Shown: piece by piece, positions 37,058 through 46,551 of the stretch
How the letters are laid out: each line of letters opens with the position of its first letter
Numbering within the stretch: the first letter of the stretch is position 1
Assembly (NCBI GenBank): GCA_965221775.1
Contig: CBDCSU010000006.1
Span: 1,312,001 to 1,376,000, forward strand
DNA from: Candidatus Latescibacterota bacterium
Lineage (GTDB): Bacteria; Latescibacterota; UBA2968; UBA8231
DNA: 64,000 nt
Direction: 5' to 3'
The notes under the pieces: generated by a model
Database searches by the model: none
What the model saw: only the letters and a program-made list of their open reading frames with translations
Told to the model about the DNA's origin: nothing
Translations under genes and position numbers: made by a program

Positions 37058-39730
37058 ATGAACCTGCACGGCAATCCGGCAGCCGCTCTCGGTCTCCTGG
37101 GGCTGCTCGCCCTGGGCCTGCTGCCCGCCTCGGCGCAGCAGGACTACGGTGCGCGGCTGGGCCTCCGCCAGGGGGAGGAGTACAGCCTCGCTCCCCAGGG
37201 GCCGGGAGTGATGCTCAACGCCGTCGACCCGGCCATGCGCAAGTGGTACGTGCCCCAGGAGCTCTACCTGGACTACCGCTGGCGCCAGTGGGACTACACC
37301 AACTACGCCCGCGACCACTACCAGCGCTACATCGACACCACCCTCGAGGGCGAGCACTTCTACGACATCTACGGCAACTTCCTCACCCGGGGCTGGTTGA
37401 TCTACAACAACTCGCAGACCACGCCGGAACAGTTCGGGAACTCGCTGCTCAAGTCCAACCGCTTCCGGGACTGGTTCTCCGGCGTCGTGGTGACTCACGA
37501 CCAGAAGGGCCAGTACCACTTCTCCCTCACCGTGAGCAATCAGCTGCGCACGGTGCTGACGCCCATGGTGTTCTCCAAGCCGCGTTTCGACGGGCTGCAG
37601 TTCGACCTGGCCACCGACCGCGCCGAGGCTACCCTGCTCTATTCGCGCATCAGCAGCCCCGGCGGCAGCAGCACCCTCGACCGGGAGTTCCTGAGCACCA
37701 ACAACACCAGCCTCGTGGGCGGGCGGCTGGCCGCCCAGATCGGCGACTACCTCAAGCTCGGGGTCCACGGCGTCAACGCCCACCAGTCCAACACGCTGCG
37801 GGACAAGACCAGCTGGAACCCCTTCGCCGGCGAACTGACGGTGGCCCAGAACGAGGCGATCTCCTCCATCGAGATCGTCCTGCGCGACGACTCCCCCGGG
37901 GACGGGGAGGGCGGCGCCGCCTGGTTCCCCGCCGGGTCCGACATCTTCATCACCTACCAGGACGGTACGCAGGAGCGCGGCCGGGAGATCGGATTCCAGC
38001 CGGTGGTGGAGGGCGGCATCGTCCGCCAGGGCTTCATCGCCGCCGACGGCACCGAGGAGATCCGGCTGATCTACAACTTCGACAGCCCCGGATTCCTCGA
38101 CCGCGCGAAGTACACCAAGACCGAGATCGTCGAGGTCGAGTTCCAGCTGCAGATGGGCAACGACTACCAGGTCTGGATGACCTCCGACAGCCAGACCGAC
38201 TTCCACGGGCAGCCGGTGCTGCTCCTGGTGGCCCAGGCCGAGGGCAACGTCCGCGACATCACCAACCTGCGCACCCTGCGCTTCCACTACGGCCTGCCCA
38301 CGGCGACCCACGTGGCCGGCGGCAGCCTGGAGATCCGCGCCCCCTTCGGCCTCGACGTGTACGGCGAGTACGACCGCAGCTGGAGCTACCGCAAGTACCC
38401 CAACGCCGCCGAGGAGATCCACCACTCCAGCTCGGGGATCGAGGGCGCCGAGAGCGCGCCGGCGTGGATGCTGAACGTCTCCCGGAGGAAGGCCCCCTGG
38501 TTCCTCTTCGGCGAGGCCTACAGCATGGACCCGTTCTACAACACGCGATCCCTCCTGTGCACCCGGGTCGGGGAGATCTACTACGGCGACACCCGCCGGA
38601 GCGGGTACGAGCTGGTGGAGGACAACGACGACCACGACCGCATCCCCGACACGGTGCGCTCGGACTGGTTGAGGGGCGACACGGAGGTCTATCCCGGCTG
38701 GGACCAGAATAATGACTTCGTGCCCGACTTCAACCAGAACGACAACAGGGTCCGAACCAATGCCGTGCCCGACTACGAGGAGGCCTTCCTGCGCTTCGGC
38801 GTGGACCCGCCGGAGTTCCTCTTCGGCGTCGACATGAACCACAACTTCTGGGTCGACCAGTACGAGAACGACGAGGCTCCCGACTTCCCGTACCGCAAGG
38901 ACCACGAGGGGTTCAACATCTACGGCGGCGCCGAGGTCGCCCCGGGGATGAAGTTGATGGCGGGCGTGCTGCGCGAGGAGCTGATCTCCAGCGACCGCAG
39001 GAATCACAGCAACTACGCCCTGGCGACCATCGACTCGGACTCGCCCCGCTTCGGCCGCCTGCGCCTCTTCCTCATGACCCAGTGGGTCCAGGACGACATC
39101 CCCGACCCCCTGTTGCAGTGGGCTCCGGACAACTCCCTGCGCGGCGGCGAGCTCGTCCTCATCGAGGATCCCCTGCTTGGGCAGGACACCTGGATCAACC
39201 AGGTCTTCCTCGGCCACTCCCTGGAGTCGGGGCCGTGGCTGGTGGTCAACAAGGTGAACCACCTCCTCTACGACCAGCGCATGTCCGGCGAGCGCCGCCG
39301 GGAGCTCGGCCTGGCCGGCGAGGACTACTTCTTCGGCCTCATCGACAAGGTCAGCTACCGGCACCGGATCGGGCCTTTCCTCCTGGAGCCGCGGTGGAAG
39401 AGCGAGTACACCCGCCAGAGCCGCGGTCTCTTCGGCGCCGGACGGCGGTCGCGCCTCACCGAGATGGCGGGGATCATCGCCCAGACCCGGGTCCTGAGCT
39501 CCTCCAAGGTCCAGACCGGTGTCGAGTACCTGTACCTCAACGATCTCGACGACGACGAGCAGGACTTCGACGCCTTCACGGTGGCCGTGCAGTTCACCAC
39601 CGACTCCACCTACCTGGGCTACCGCCTGCGCTCGCTCCTGGGCGTCTCGGTCGAGCACCGCGCCTTCGAGGAGCGCGAGTCCCGGACCACCAACCAGTTC
39701 TTCGTCACCATCTACGCCGGTCTGGAGTAG
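37058..39730 (+). CDS. Large exported protein, putative outer-membrane beta-barrel (paralog A)
   Basis: AAGGAG RBS. Signal peptide ending ASA-QQ. Asp/Asn-rich loops, alternating beta-strand pattern in the C-terminal third, ends FFVTIYAGLE. Confidence 0.8.
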   Translation: MNLHGNPAAALGLLGLLALGLLPASAQQDYGARLGLRQGEEYSLAPQGPGVMLNAVDPAMRKWYVPQELYLDYRWRQWDYTNYARDHYQRYIDTTLEGEHFYDIYGNFLTRGWLIYNNSQTTPEQFGNSLLKSNRFRDWFSGVVVTHDQKGQYHFSLTVSNQLRTVLTPMVFSKPRFDGLQFDLATDRAEATLLYSRISSPGGSSTLDREFLSTNNTSLVGGRLAAQIGDYLKLGVHGVNAHQSNTLRDKTSWNPFAGELTVAQNEAISSIEIVLRDDSPGDGEGGAAWFPAGSDIFITYQDGTQERGREIGFQPVVEGGIVRQGFIAADGTEEIRLIYNFDSPGFLDRAKYTKTEIVEVEFQLQMGNDYQVWMTSDSQTDFHGQPVLLLVAQAEGNVRDITNLRTLRFHYGLPTATHVAGGSLEIRAPFGLDVYGEYDRSWSYRKYPNAAEEIHHSSSGIEGAESAPAWMLNVSRRKAPWFLFGEAYSMDPFYNTRSLLCTRVGEIYYGDTRRSGYELVEDNDDHDRIPDTVRSDWLRGDTEVYPGWDQNNDFVPDFNQNDNRVRTNAVPDYEEAFLRFGVDPPEFLFGVDMNHNFWVDQYENDEAPDFPYRKDHEGFNIYGGAEVAPGMKLMAGVLREELISSDRRNHSNYALATIDSDSPRFGRLRLFLMTQWVQDDIPDPLLQWAPDNSLRGGELVLIEDPLLGQDTWINQVFLGHSLESGPWLVVNKVNHLLYDQRMSGERRRELGLAGEDYFFGLIDKVSYRHRIGPFLLEPRWKSEYTRQSRGLFGAGRRSRLTEMAGIIAQTRVLSSSKVQTGVEYLYLNDLDDDEQDFDAFTVAVQFTTDSTYLGYRLRSLLGVSVEHRAFEERESRTTNQFFVTIYAGLE

Positions 39731-39732
39731 GG

Positions 39733-41718
39733 ATGAGCCTCGGGGAGAAGGGCCGGAGCGCCGCCGCGCAGGCGGCTGCCATCTTCGCCGCCGCCCTGGC
39801 GGCCCGGTGGATCTACGTCCACCAGTCGGGCAGCCACCCTGTGCGCGACGTCCCGCTGGGGTCCGCCATCGCCCACCTGGAGCGGAGCTCGGGCGAGGCG
39901 GCCGGTTTCGCCTCCCTCTACGACGCCTTTCTCGCCATCCTCCCCGGGGACCTCGACCTGGTTCGCGGAGTCCAGGTGGTCCTCGGAGCCGTCAACTGCG
40001 TCCTGCTCTGGTGGCTGGCCAGGTCCGTCCTCCCGCCGAGGGCGGCTCTCGGGGCCGGCCTGGCCCTCGCCTTCTTCGGACCGGCCATCTACTTCTCCGG
40101 CGAGATCCTGCCCCCGGTGCCGGCCACGTGCCTGGTGCTGCTCGCCCTGATCACCCTGTCGCGGGCCCTCGCCTCTTCCGGGAAGCGGCCGTTCTGGCTG
40201 CCGGGGCTGCTGCTGGGGCTCGCCGCCCTCGCCGAGTGGTGGATCTGCCTCTTCGCCCTCGCCCTGGCCCTCTGGCTGCTGCGGAGCCACCGTGGCGCGG
40301 CCCTGCCTCTGGCCTTGGGGACCGCCGCCGTCCTGCTGCCCGCTTGGCTGCTGTCGGCCTGGTCGCCGGAGGCGGCCCCGGGGCTGGTGGAGGGGGTCCG
40401 ACGGGTCCACGCCCTGTGGCAGGGAGGCGAGTTCCTCGGGGAGCTGGATCCCTACTTCGGGAGCCGCAACTCCAGCCTGCTGTCGGTGTTGATGTGGGAC
40501 GAGGGGCTGGCCTTCCCCTTCGGCGTGGCGGCGCCGCTGGCGCTGGTGGGCATCCTCTCGCGCCTGCGCGGCGGGCGAGAGCCGCTGGAGACCGCCCTGC
40601 TCCTCTTCGCCGGCTGCTTCACCGTGCAGGCCCTGCTCCTGCCGTCCGCCGACTCGGCGGTACGCGCCCCGGTGGTGCCGGTCCTGCTGATCTTCGCCGC
40701 CGCCGGGGTGACGGCCATGGCCGCCCTTCCGAGGCTACCGGCCCTGGCAGCGGCGGCCGCCTGCCTACTGCTGGCCGTCGGCCTCAACGCCGGCGATGCG
40801 GGCGCCGAGGGCCGGGCCCGGCAGCACTACTGGCTCGGCCATGGCTTCGGCCAACTCGGACTGCGCGCCAACGCCGTCCGCGAGTACGAGACGGCCCTGG
40901 CCCTCGACCCCGCGAGGCTGGAGACCTACCAGGCCCTGGCCGGGCACTACCGGGCCCAGCAGGATGACATCCGCGCCGCCGGCCTCTACGAGAGCCTGCT
41001 TGAGCGCTGGCCGGAGATGCACGGGGCCCGCATGGCCCTCGCCAAGGTCTACCTGACCTCGGGACGGGCCGCCGAGGCGGCCAGATGCTACCGGGATCTG
41101 ATCGCGGCGCAGGCTGGCCCCGCGGACTCGCTGCTGACCCTGCTGGGCGACGCCCTGTTCCGCAGCGGCGACCTGGAGGGGGGCCTGGGCGCCTATGAGC
41201 AGGCGTTGGCGGCGGACCCGGAAAACGCCCGGGCCCGCGGCATGCTGGCGCTGCTCTACTCGGCCGCCGACCGGCTGCCCGAGGCGGAGGAGGCCTGCCG
41301 CGCGCTCTACGAGGGGGGACTGGTGGCCGAGTACGGTCCCGTCCTGGCCGAGGTGCTGATCCGCCGCGGCCGGGACGAGGAGGCGGCGGAGGTGCTGGAG
41401 CATGTCCTGGAGACGGCGCCGGACTCGGGCGCAGCCCTCGGCTTGAGGGGCCGGCAGCTCCACGAGCAGGGCCGCCACCGGGAGGCCGCGGCCCTCTTCG
41501 AGCGCCTGCGCGCGGTCTGGCCCGAGGACCACCGGGTCCACTACTACCTCGCCCTGATCTACGAGCGCCTCGGCGACGAGGCCCGGGCCGAGGAGTCCCG
41601 CCTCGCCTACGTCCGCCATCAGAGGAACCGCGAGCGCGAGGATCTGCAGGGGCACCTGACGATGGTGACGAGCATGATGACCGACCAGCTCCAGTCCCGC
41701 CTGGGGGTGGGGCCGTGA
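39733..41718 (+). CDS. GT-C (PMT/GT39-like) multi-pass membrane protein with C-terminal TPRs, shortened
   Basis: About 11 TM helices, VRGVQVVLG, FFGPAIYFSGEILP, about eight TPR-like repeats. Paralog of 53865-55793. Confidence 0.8.
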   Translation: MSLGEKGRSAAAQAAAIFAAALAARWIYVHQSGSHPVRDVPLGSAIAHLERSSGEAAGFASLYDAFLAILPGDLDLVRGVQVVLGAVNCVLLWWLARSVLPPRAALGAGLALAFFGPAIYFSGEILPPVPATCLVLLALITLSRALASSGKRPFWLPGLLLGLAALAEWWICLFALALALWLLRSHRGAALPLALGTAAVLLPAWLLSAWSPEAAPGLVEGVRRVHALWQGGEFLGELDPYFGSRNSSLLSVLMWDEGLAFPFGVAAPLALVGILSRLRGGREPLETALLLFAGCFTVQALLLPSADSAVRAPVVPVLLIFAAAGVTAMAALPRLPALAAAAACLLLAVGLNAGDAGAEGRARQHYWLGHGFGQLGLRANAVREYETALALDPARLETYQALAGHYRAQQDDIRAAGLYESLLERWPEMHGARMALAKVYLTSGRAAEAARCYRDLIAAQAGPADSLLTLLGDALFRSGDLEGGLGAYEQALAADPENARARGMLALLYSAADRLPEAEEACRALYEGGLVAEYGPVLAEVLIRRGRDEEAAEVLEHVLETAPDSGAALGLRGRQLHEQGRHREAAALFERLRAVWPEDHRVHYYLALIYERLGDEARAEESRLAYVRHQRNREREDLQGHLTMVTSMMTDQLQSRLGVGP

Positions 41719-43796
41719 GGGCCGGGGTCCTGATCCGCCTGGCCCTGGCGGCGCTCACGGGGCTGGCCTCCGCCGGCGCCCAGGAGCTGCGCTTCGGCCG
41801 GGACGGCAACATCACCTGGGAAGGGGAGGTCTCCGGGTTGGAGGGGGTGGCCACCATCCAACCCGAGTTCCGCCCCTCTCTCACGCCGGGGGTCACCGCC
41901 ATCGGGGTCGCCCCGGACGGCCGCGTCGAGCTGGCCCATGCCGACCATCCGCAGGCCATCCTGCCGGTGGAGCTGGACGCGGGCGAGAACCTGTCCGCCA
42001 GCCTCGTGGCCAACGGCGGCAACATCGTTTCCGAGACGTCCCTCGAGCTCGACAGGAGACTGCTGGCCGAGATCCTGCAGGGTCTGCTCACCCCCGAGAA
42101 GACGGGCACCGCCTTCGAGCGCAAGGGGGACAAGATCCAGGGCACCCTGCTGACCGTGGACCTGGGAGCCATCGTCGGCGTCAACCGCCTCCGCTTCTTC
42201 CCGCGCAACACCCTCCTGCCCTCGCCGACGACCCCCTTCCAGGACGACTTCCTGCGCAACTTCGAGGTGCGGATCCACGACGGTCTGCTCCTCAACGAGG
42301 CCGGACTTCCGGCCCTGGGCACCTGGGAGTCCTTCCTCACCGTGGAGGACAACTCGGAGCCGGTGACGGTGGTTGAGATCGATCCGCCCCGGTACCTGCG
42401 CTTCGTGCGCCTGCGGGCCACCTCCGCCATTCCCTACGAGGTCGAGAAGTTCCAGATCTTCGGCGAGGGGTTCTTCCCCTTCGCCCGCTACCTCTCGCCC
42501 GTGGTCGATCTGGGCACGCCCAGCAACTGGGGGCAGATCCGCTGGGACAGGAGCGTGACGGGAGACGAGGCTCTCACCGGTCTCGTCGTCCGCACCCGCA
42601 CCGGCAGCGACGACACCCCCTTCGTCTACAACCGCCGGGAGGTGGGCAACCCCAACGCCGAGGACATCCCCCGGTCCGTCGACAATCCGGGCGAGCCCCT
42701 CTCCCGCAAGGAGTTCCTCGACCTGCCCGCCGACGGCACGGCCGCCGACATCTGGGAGCGCGGCGCGATCGGGGACGACGTGGAGAACTGGAGCCCCTGG
42801 TCGCCGCCCTACCCGGTGGCCGAGGGCCTGAGCGCCGCGGGCACCCGCAACGTCTCCCCGGCGCCGCGGACCTACTTGCAGTTCCAGGTCGAGTTCCTCA
42901 GCCGGGGGCTGCATTCGAGCCAGATCCTCGAGGGCCTCTCCTTCGAGTTCACCCGGCCGGCCCTGGCCGACGCCCTCGTGGCCGAGATCTTCCCCCGCGA
43001 CGTGGAGGCCGCTCTGCCCACCGAGTTCCTGTACGCGGTGCGGGCCGACATGAGGCGCGCCGAGGTGCAGGGCTTCAACAGTTTCGAGCTGACCACCCAG
43101 GGCCGGGCCGAACGGGTCGAGGGGCTGGAGATCGTCGCCGCCGACGGGGCGGCGATCCTCGATCACGTCTTCGAGACGCAGGACGCGGTGACCGACGAAG
43201 GCGAGGCGGCCATCACCTCCTTCACCGACGAGGGGTTCACCGTCCGCTTCCCGCGGATCACCGAGGACGGCACGGTGCTCAAGATCCGCTTCGTCAACCA
43301 GGTCCTGGCCTACAGCAGCGACTTCGCGGGCCGGGCCCTCGTGGAGGGAACGGACGCCTTCCAGTGGGTGGAGGGCGGCGACGCCGGCTCCCTCGACGAG
43401 ACCGACGCGGCTTTCGAATCGGGCATCACCGTGCTCAGTCCGGGGGTGACCCGCGGCGGGCTCATCGGCGGCTTCTCCCTCGAGGCGCCCGTCCTCACCC
43501 CCAACGGCGACGGGGTGAACGACCGGCTGCGGCTGAGCTTCGAGGTGCTCACGGTGGTGGGCGAGGCCGATATCCAGGTAGCCCTCTTCGACCTCAGCGG
43601 CCGCCGGCTGGCGACGATCTTCGAGCACCAGGGCGGCAACGGCACCTACACCAGCGCCGGCTTCGCCGGCCTCGACTGGGAGGGCCGCGACGACCGGGGG
43701 AACCCGCTGCCGCCCGGACTCTACCTGGTGCAGCTGAAGGTGGACGGCGACGCGCGCTCCACCTCGGCGGCGCGCGCCGTGGGGGTCGCCTACTAG
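41715..43796 (+). CDS. Secreted discoidin-like / FlgD-Ig C-terminal domain protein (paralog 1)
   Basis: Signal peptide; VDLG..VNRLRFFPR; RTRTG; WSPWS; AEIFP; TPNGDGVND...FDLSGR...WEGRDDRG..LPPGLY; ends VGVAY. Confidence 0.85.
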   Translation: MRAGVLIRLALAALTGLASAGAQELRFGRDGNITWEGEVSGLEGVATIQPEFRPSLTPGVTAIGVAPDGRVELAHADHPQAILPVELDAGENLSASLVANGGNIVSETSLELDRRLLAEILQGLLTPEKTGTAFERKGDKIQGTLLTVDLGAIVGVNRLRFFPRNTLLPSPTTPFQDDFLRNFEVRIHDGLLLNEAGLPALGTWESFLTVEDNSEPVTVVEIDPPRYLRFVRLRATSAIPYEVEKFQIFGEGFFPFARYLSPVVDLGTPSNWGQIRWDRSVTGDEALTGLVVRTRTGSDDTPFVYNRREVGNPNAEDIPRSVDNPGEPLSRKEFLDLPADGTAADIWERGAIGDDVENWSPWSPPYPVAEGLSAAGTRNVSPAPRTYLQFQVEFLSRGLHSSQILEGLSFEFTRPALADALVAEIFPRDVEAALPTEFLYAVRADMRRAEVQGFNSFELTTQGRAERVEGLEIVAADGAAILDHVFETQDAVTDEGEAAITSFTDEGFTVRFPRITEDGTVLKIRFVNQVLAYSSDFAGRALVEGTDAFQWVEGGDAGSLDETDAAFESGITVLSPGVTRGGLIGGFSLEAPVLTPNGDGVNDRLRLSFEVLTVVGEADIQVALFDLSGRRLATIFEHQGGNGTYTSAGFAGLDWEGRDDRGNPLPPGLYLVQLKVDGDARSTSAARAVGVAY

Positions 43797-43806
43797 CGGG
43801 CCGGCC

Positions 43807-46551
43807 ATGGGGAATCTTGTGAGCCAGAGAGGCGGCCGGGCGACGTGGAAGCGCTGGACGGGGATTCCGCGCCTGGTCTGCGTGCTCCTGGCAACCGGGG
43901 CCCTGGTCCCGCAAGCGGCGCCGGGCCAGGTCGACTACGGGGGCCGCCTCGGCCAGGCGCAGGCGGGGGTGCGCGGCTTCGAGCCCCGCGGACCCATGGT
44001 CCTGATGGAGGCCGTCGATCCGGTGGTGCGCAAGTGGTACGTGCCGCAGGAGCTCTACTCGCAGGCCGGGCTCTGGCAGTGGGAGACCACCTCCTACGCC
44101 CGCCAGCCGTACGAGCGTTACGTGGACACCGCCCTCGAGGGCGACTTGTTCTACGATCTCTACGGCAACCTGCTCACCCGGGGGTGGCTGCTCTACAACA
44201 CCAGCCAGACGACCCCGCTCGAGAGCGGGCACGTCTTCTTCGAGGCCCAGAGGATGGCGGAGTGGTTCTCCAACGTCGCCGTCGCCTCCGAGAGCAAGGG
44301 CCAGTACCACTTCGCCCTCACCGCGGGCCGGGACCTGCGCACCACCCTGACGCCGCTGGTGTTCTCCAAACCCCGGTTCAGCGGCGTGCAGCTCGACTTC
44401 GCCACCGACAAGTACATGGCGACCCTGCTCTACTCGCAGGGCGGCATCGGCGGCCAGTCGGACCTCAGGCCCCGCACCGACGTGACCACCATCATGGGCG
44501 GCCGCTTCCTGACCCAGGTGGGCGACTTCGTCGAGGTGGGGGTCCACATGGCCAACGCCCACCAGTCCAACAGCCTCAACAGCCGGCTCATGGACAACCT
44601 GCTCTCCGGCTCGCTGCAGCAATCGAAGAACGACCTGGTCTCCTCCATCGAGATCGTCCTGCGCGACGACTCCCCCGAGGATCCCGCCAGCGGCGCCGCC
44701 TGGTTCCCGGCCGGTTCGGACATCCTCATCACCTATCTCGACGGCAGCACCGACAGCGGCAGGGACATCCGCTTCGAACCCGTCGTCTCGGGAGGGACCC
44801 CCCGCGAGGGCTTCCTCACCGCCGCCGGCAGCAACGAGATCCGCCTCACCTGGGACTTCACCGATCCCGCCTTCGTCGGCCGGGCGCGGGCGGACCGCAG
44901 CGAGATCGCCAAGGTCGAGTTCCACCTGACCCTGGCCAACGACTACCAGATCTGGATGACCTCCGACCGCCAGACCGGCCGCCAGGGCACGCCCGTGCTG
45001 CTCATGGTGGAGCGGGCCGAGGGCAACGTCAGCGACGGCTCCAACCTGCGCGTGGTGCGCTTCCAGTACGGGCTGCCCACCGCCACCCACCTCGTGGGCA
45101 GCACCCTGAAGGTGAGCGACCTGTGGGGCCTCGACCTCTACGGCGAGTACGACCTGGGGTGGAGCTACCGCAAGTACCCCAACCCCCTCGCCGAGAAACA
45201 CGAGGTCTCCTCCGGCATCGCCGGCAAGGCGGCGCGGCCGGCGTGGATGCTCAACCTGGGCCGGACGGCCGCCCCCTTCTTCTTCTATGGCGAGGCGTAC
45301 TCCATCGACCCGCTTTACAACACCCAGACCTTCGTCACCTCCGCCGACGGCAGCGTGTCCTACGATGACGACCGCCTGAAGATGGAACTGGTGGACGACA
45401 ACGACGACCAGGACCGGCTGCCCGACCTGTTCCGCTTCGACACCGTGGCCCAGGGCGCGGTCGGTCCCTTCTCCAGGGGGGAAGGCGGCGTCGACTACCG
45501 CGTCTTCCCCGGCTGGGACCTCAACAATGACTTCATCCCCGACTACAACCAGAACGACAACCGGATCCGCCCGAACATCGTCCCCGACTACGAGGAGCCC
45601 TTCCTGCGCTTCGCCTCGGACCGGCCGGAGTTTCTCCTCGGCGTCGACATGAACCACAACTTCTGGGTCGACCGCTTCGAGAACGACGACGAGCCCGACT
45701 ACCCCTACCGCCGCGACCGCAGGGGGTTCAACCTCTTCGGCGGGATCCGCCCGGCCCCGGGCCTGGAGGTCAAGGCCGGAACCCTCCGCGAGGAGTCGAT
45801 CGCATCGGCCCGGAGCAACCACAGCGACTACGCGGTCATCGGATACGACCGGATCTCCGCGCGCTGGGGACGGCTCCGGCTCTTCCAGACCCTGGAGTCG
45901 GTCCGCGACGACATCCCCGATCCGCTGCTGCAGTGGACGCCCGACAACACCCTCAACGGCGGGCGGGTGACGCCGGTGGAGGACCCGCTGCTGGCCCGGG
46001 ACACCTGGATCCACCGGTCCTTCCTCGGCCACCACCACCAGGCGGGCGGCCTCTTCCTGCAGAGCAAGCTCAGCTACCTGCGCTACGTGCAGCGGCTCGA
46101 GGAGGAGGAGCGGCTGCGTCACGGCCTCGGCGAGTCCGACCACTTCCTCGGCCTCGTCAACAAGGCCGCCTACAGCTACCGCCTGGGGGCGCTGGAGCTG
46201 GTGCCGCGCTGGAAGAGCGAGTACATCAGCCAGAGCCGCGATCTCTTCAGCGACGCGCGGCGGACCACCCTGACCCAGCTGCTCTCCGGACTGGTGGTGG
46301 TTCCCCTGCTGCGCGCCACCACCCTTCAGGGCGGGATCGAGTACCTCCTCTCCCGCGACCTGGAGGGCCGGGCCGGCGACTTCACCGGCGTATCCACGGG
46401 CCTGCAGCTGACCAGCACCTCGGCCTACCAGGGCTACCAGGTGTGGTTCATCACCGGTTTCGTGGTAGAGCGCACCACCCCCCGCGAGGAGGAAGCCTTC
46501 ACCCGGGTGCAGTCCTTCATCACCGTGTACGCCGGACTGGGGAGATCGTGA
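43807..46551 (+). CDS. Large exported protein, putative outer-membrane beta-barrel (paralog B)
   Basis: Collinear with 37058-39730 (DYGxRLG, DPxxRKWYVPQELY, YGNxLTRGWL, SIEIVLRDDSP, DMNHNFWVD, PRWKSEY). Ends FITVYAGLGRS. Confidence 0.8.
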   Translation: MGNLVSQRGGRATWKRWTGIPRLVCVLLATGALVPQAAPGQVDYGGRLGQAQAGVRGFEPRGPMVLMEAVDPVVRKWYVPQELYSQAGLWQWETTSYARQPYERYVDTALEGDLFYDLYGNLLTRGWLLYNTSQTTPLESGHVFFEAQRMAEWFSNVAVASESKGQYHFALTAGRDLRTTLTPLVFSKPRFSGVQLDFATDKYMATLLYSQGGIGGQSDLRPRTDVTTIMGGRFLTQVGDFVEVGVHMANAHQSNSLNSRLMDNLLSGSLQQSKNDLVSSIEIVLRDDSPEDPASGAAWFPAGSDILITYLDGSTDSGRDIRFEPVVSGGTPREGFLTAAGSNEIRLTWDFTDPAFVGRARADRSEIAKVEFHLTLANDYQIWMTSDRQTGRQGTPVLLMVERAEGNVSDGSNLRVVRFQYGLPTATHLVGSTLKVSDLWGLDLYGEYDLGWSYRKYPNPLAEKHEVSSGIAGKAARPAWMLNLGRTAAPFFFYGEAYSIDPLYNTQTFVTSADGSVSYDDDRLKMELVDDNDDQDRLPDLFRFDTVAQGAVGPFSRGEGGVDYRVFPGWDLNNDFIPDYNQNDNRIRPNIVPDYEEPFLRFASDRPEFLLGVDMNHNFWVDRFENDDEPDYPYRRDRRGFNLFGGIRPAPGLEVKAGTLREESIASARSNHSDYAVIGYDRISARWGRLRLFQTLESVRDDIPDPLLQWTPDNTLNGGRVTPVEDPLLARDTWIHRSFLGHHHQAGGLFLQSKLSYLRYVQRLEEEERLRHGLGESDHFLGLVNKAAYSYRLGALELVPRWKSEYISQSRDLFSDARRTTLTQLLSGLVVVPLLRATTLQGGIEYLLSRDLEGRAGDFTGVSTGLQLTSTSAYQGYQVWFITGFVVERTTPREEEAFTRVQSFITVYAGLGRS

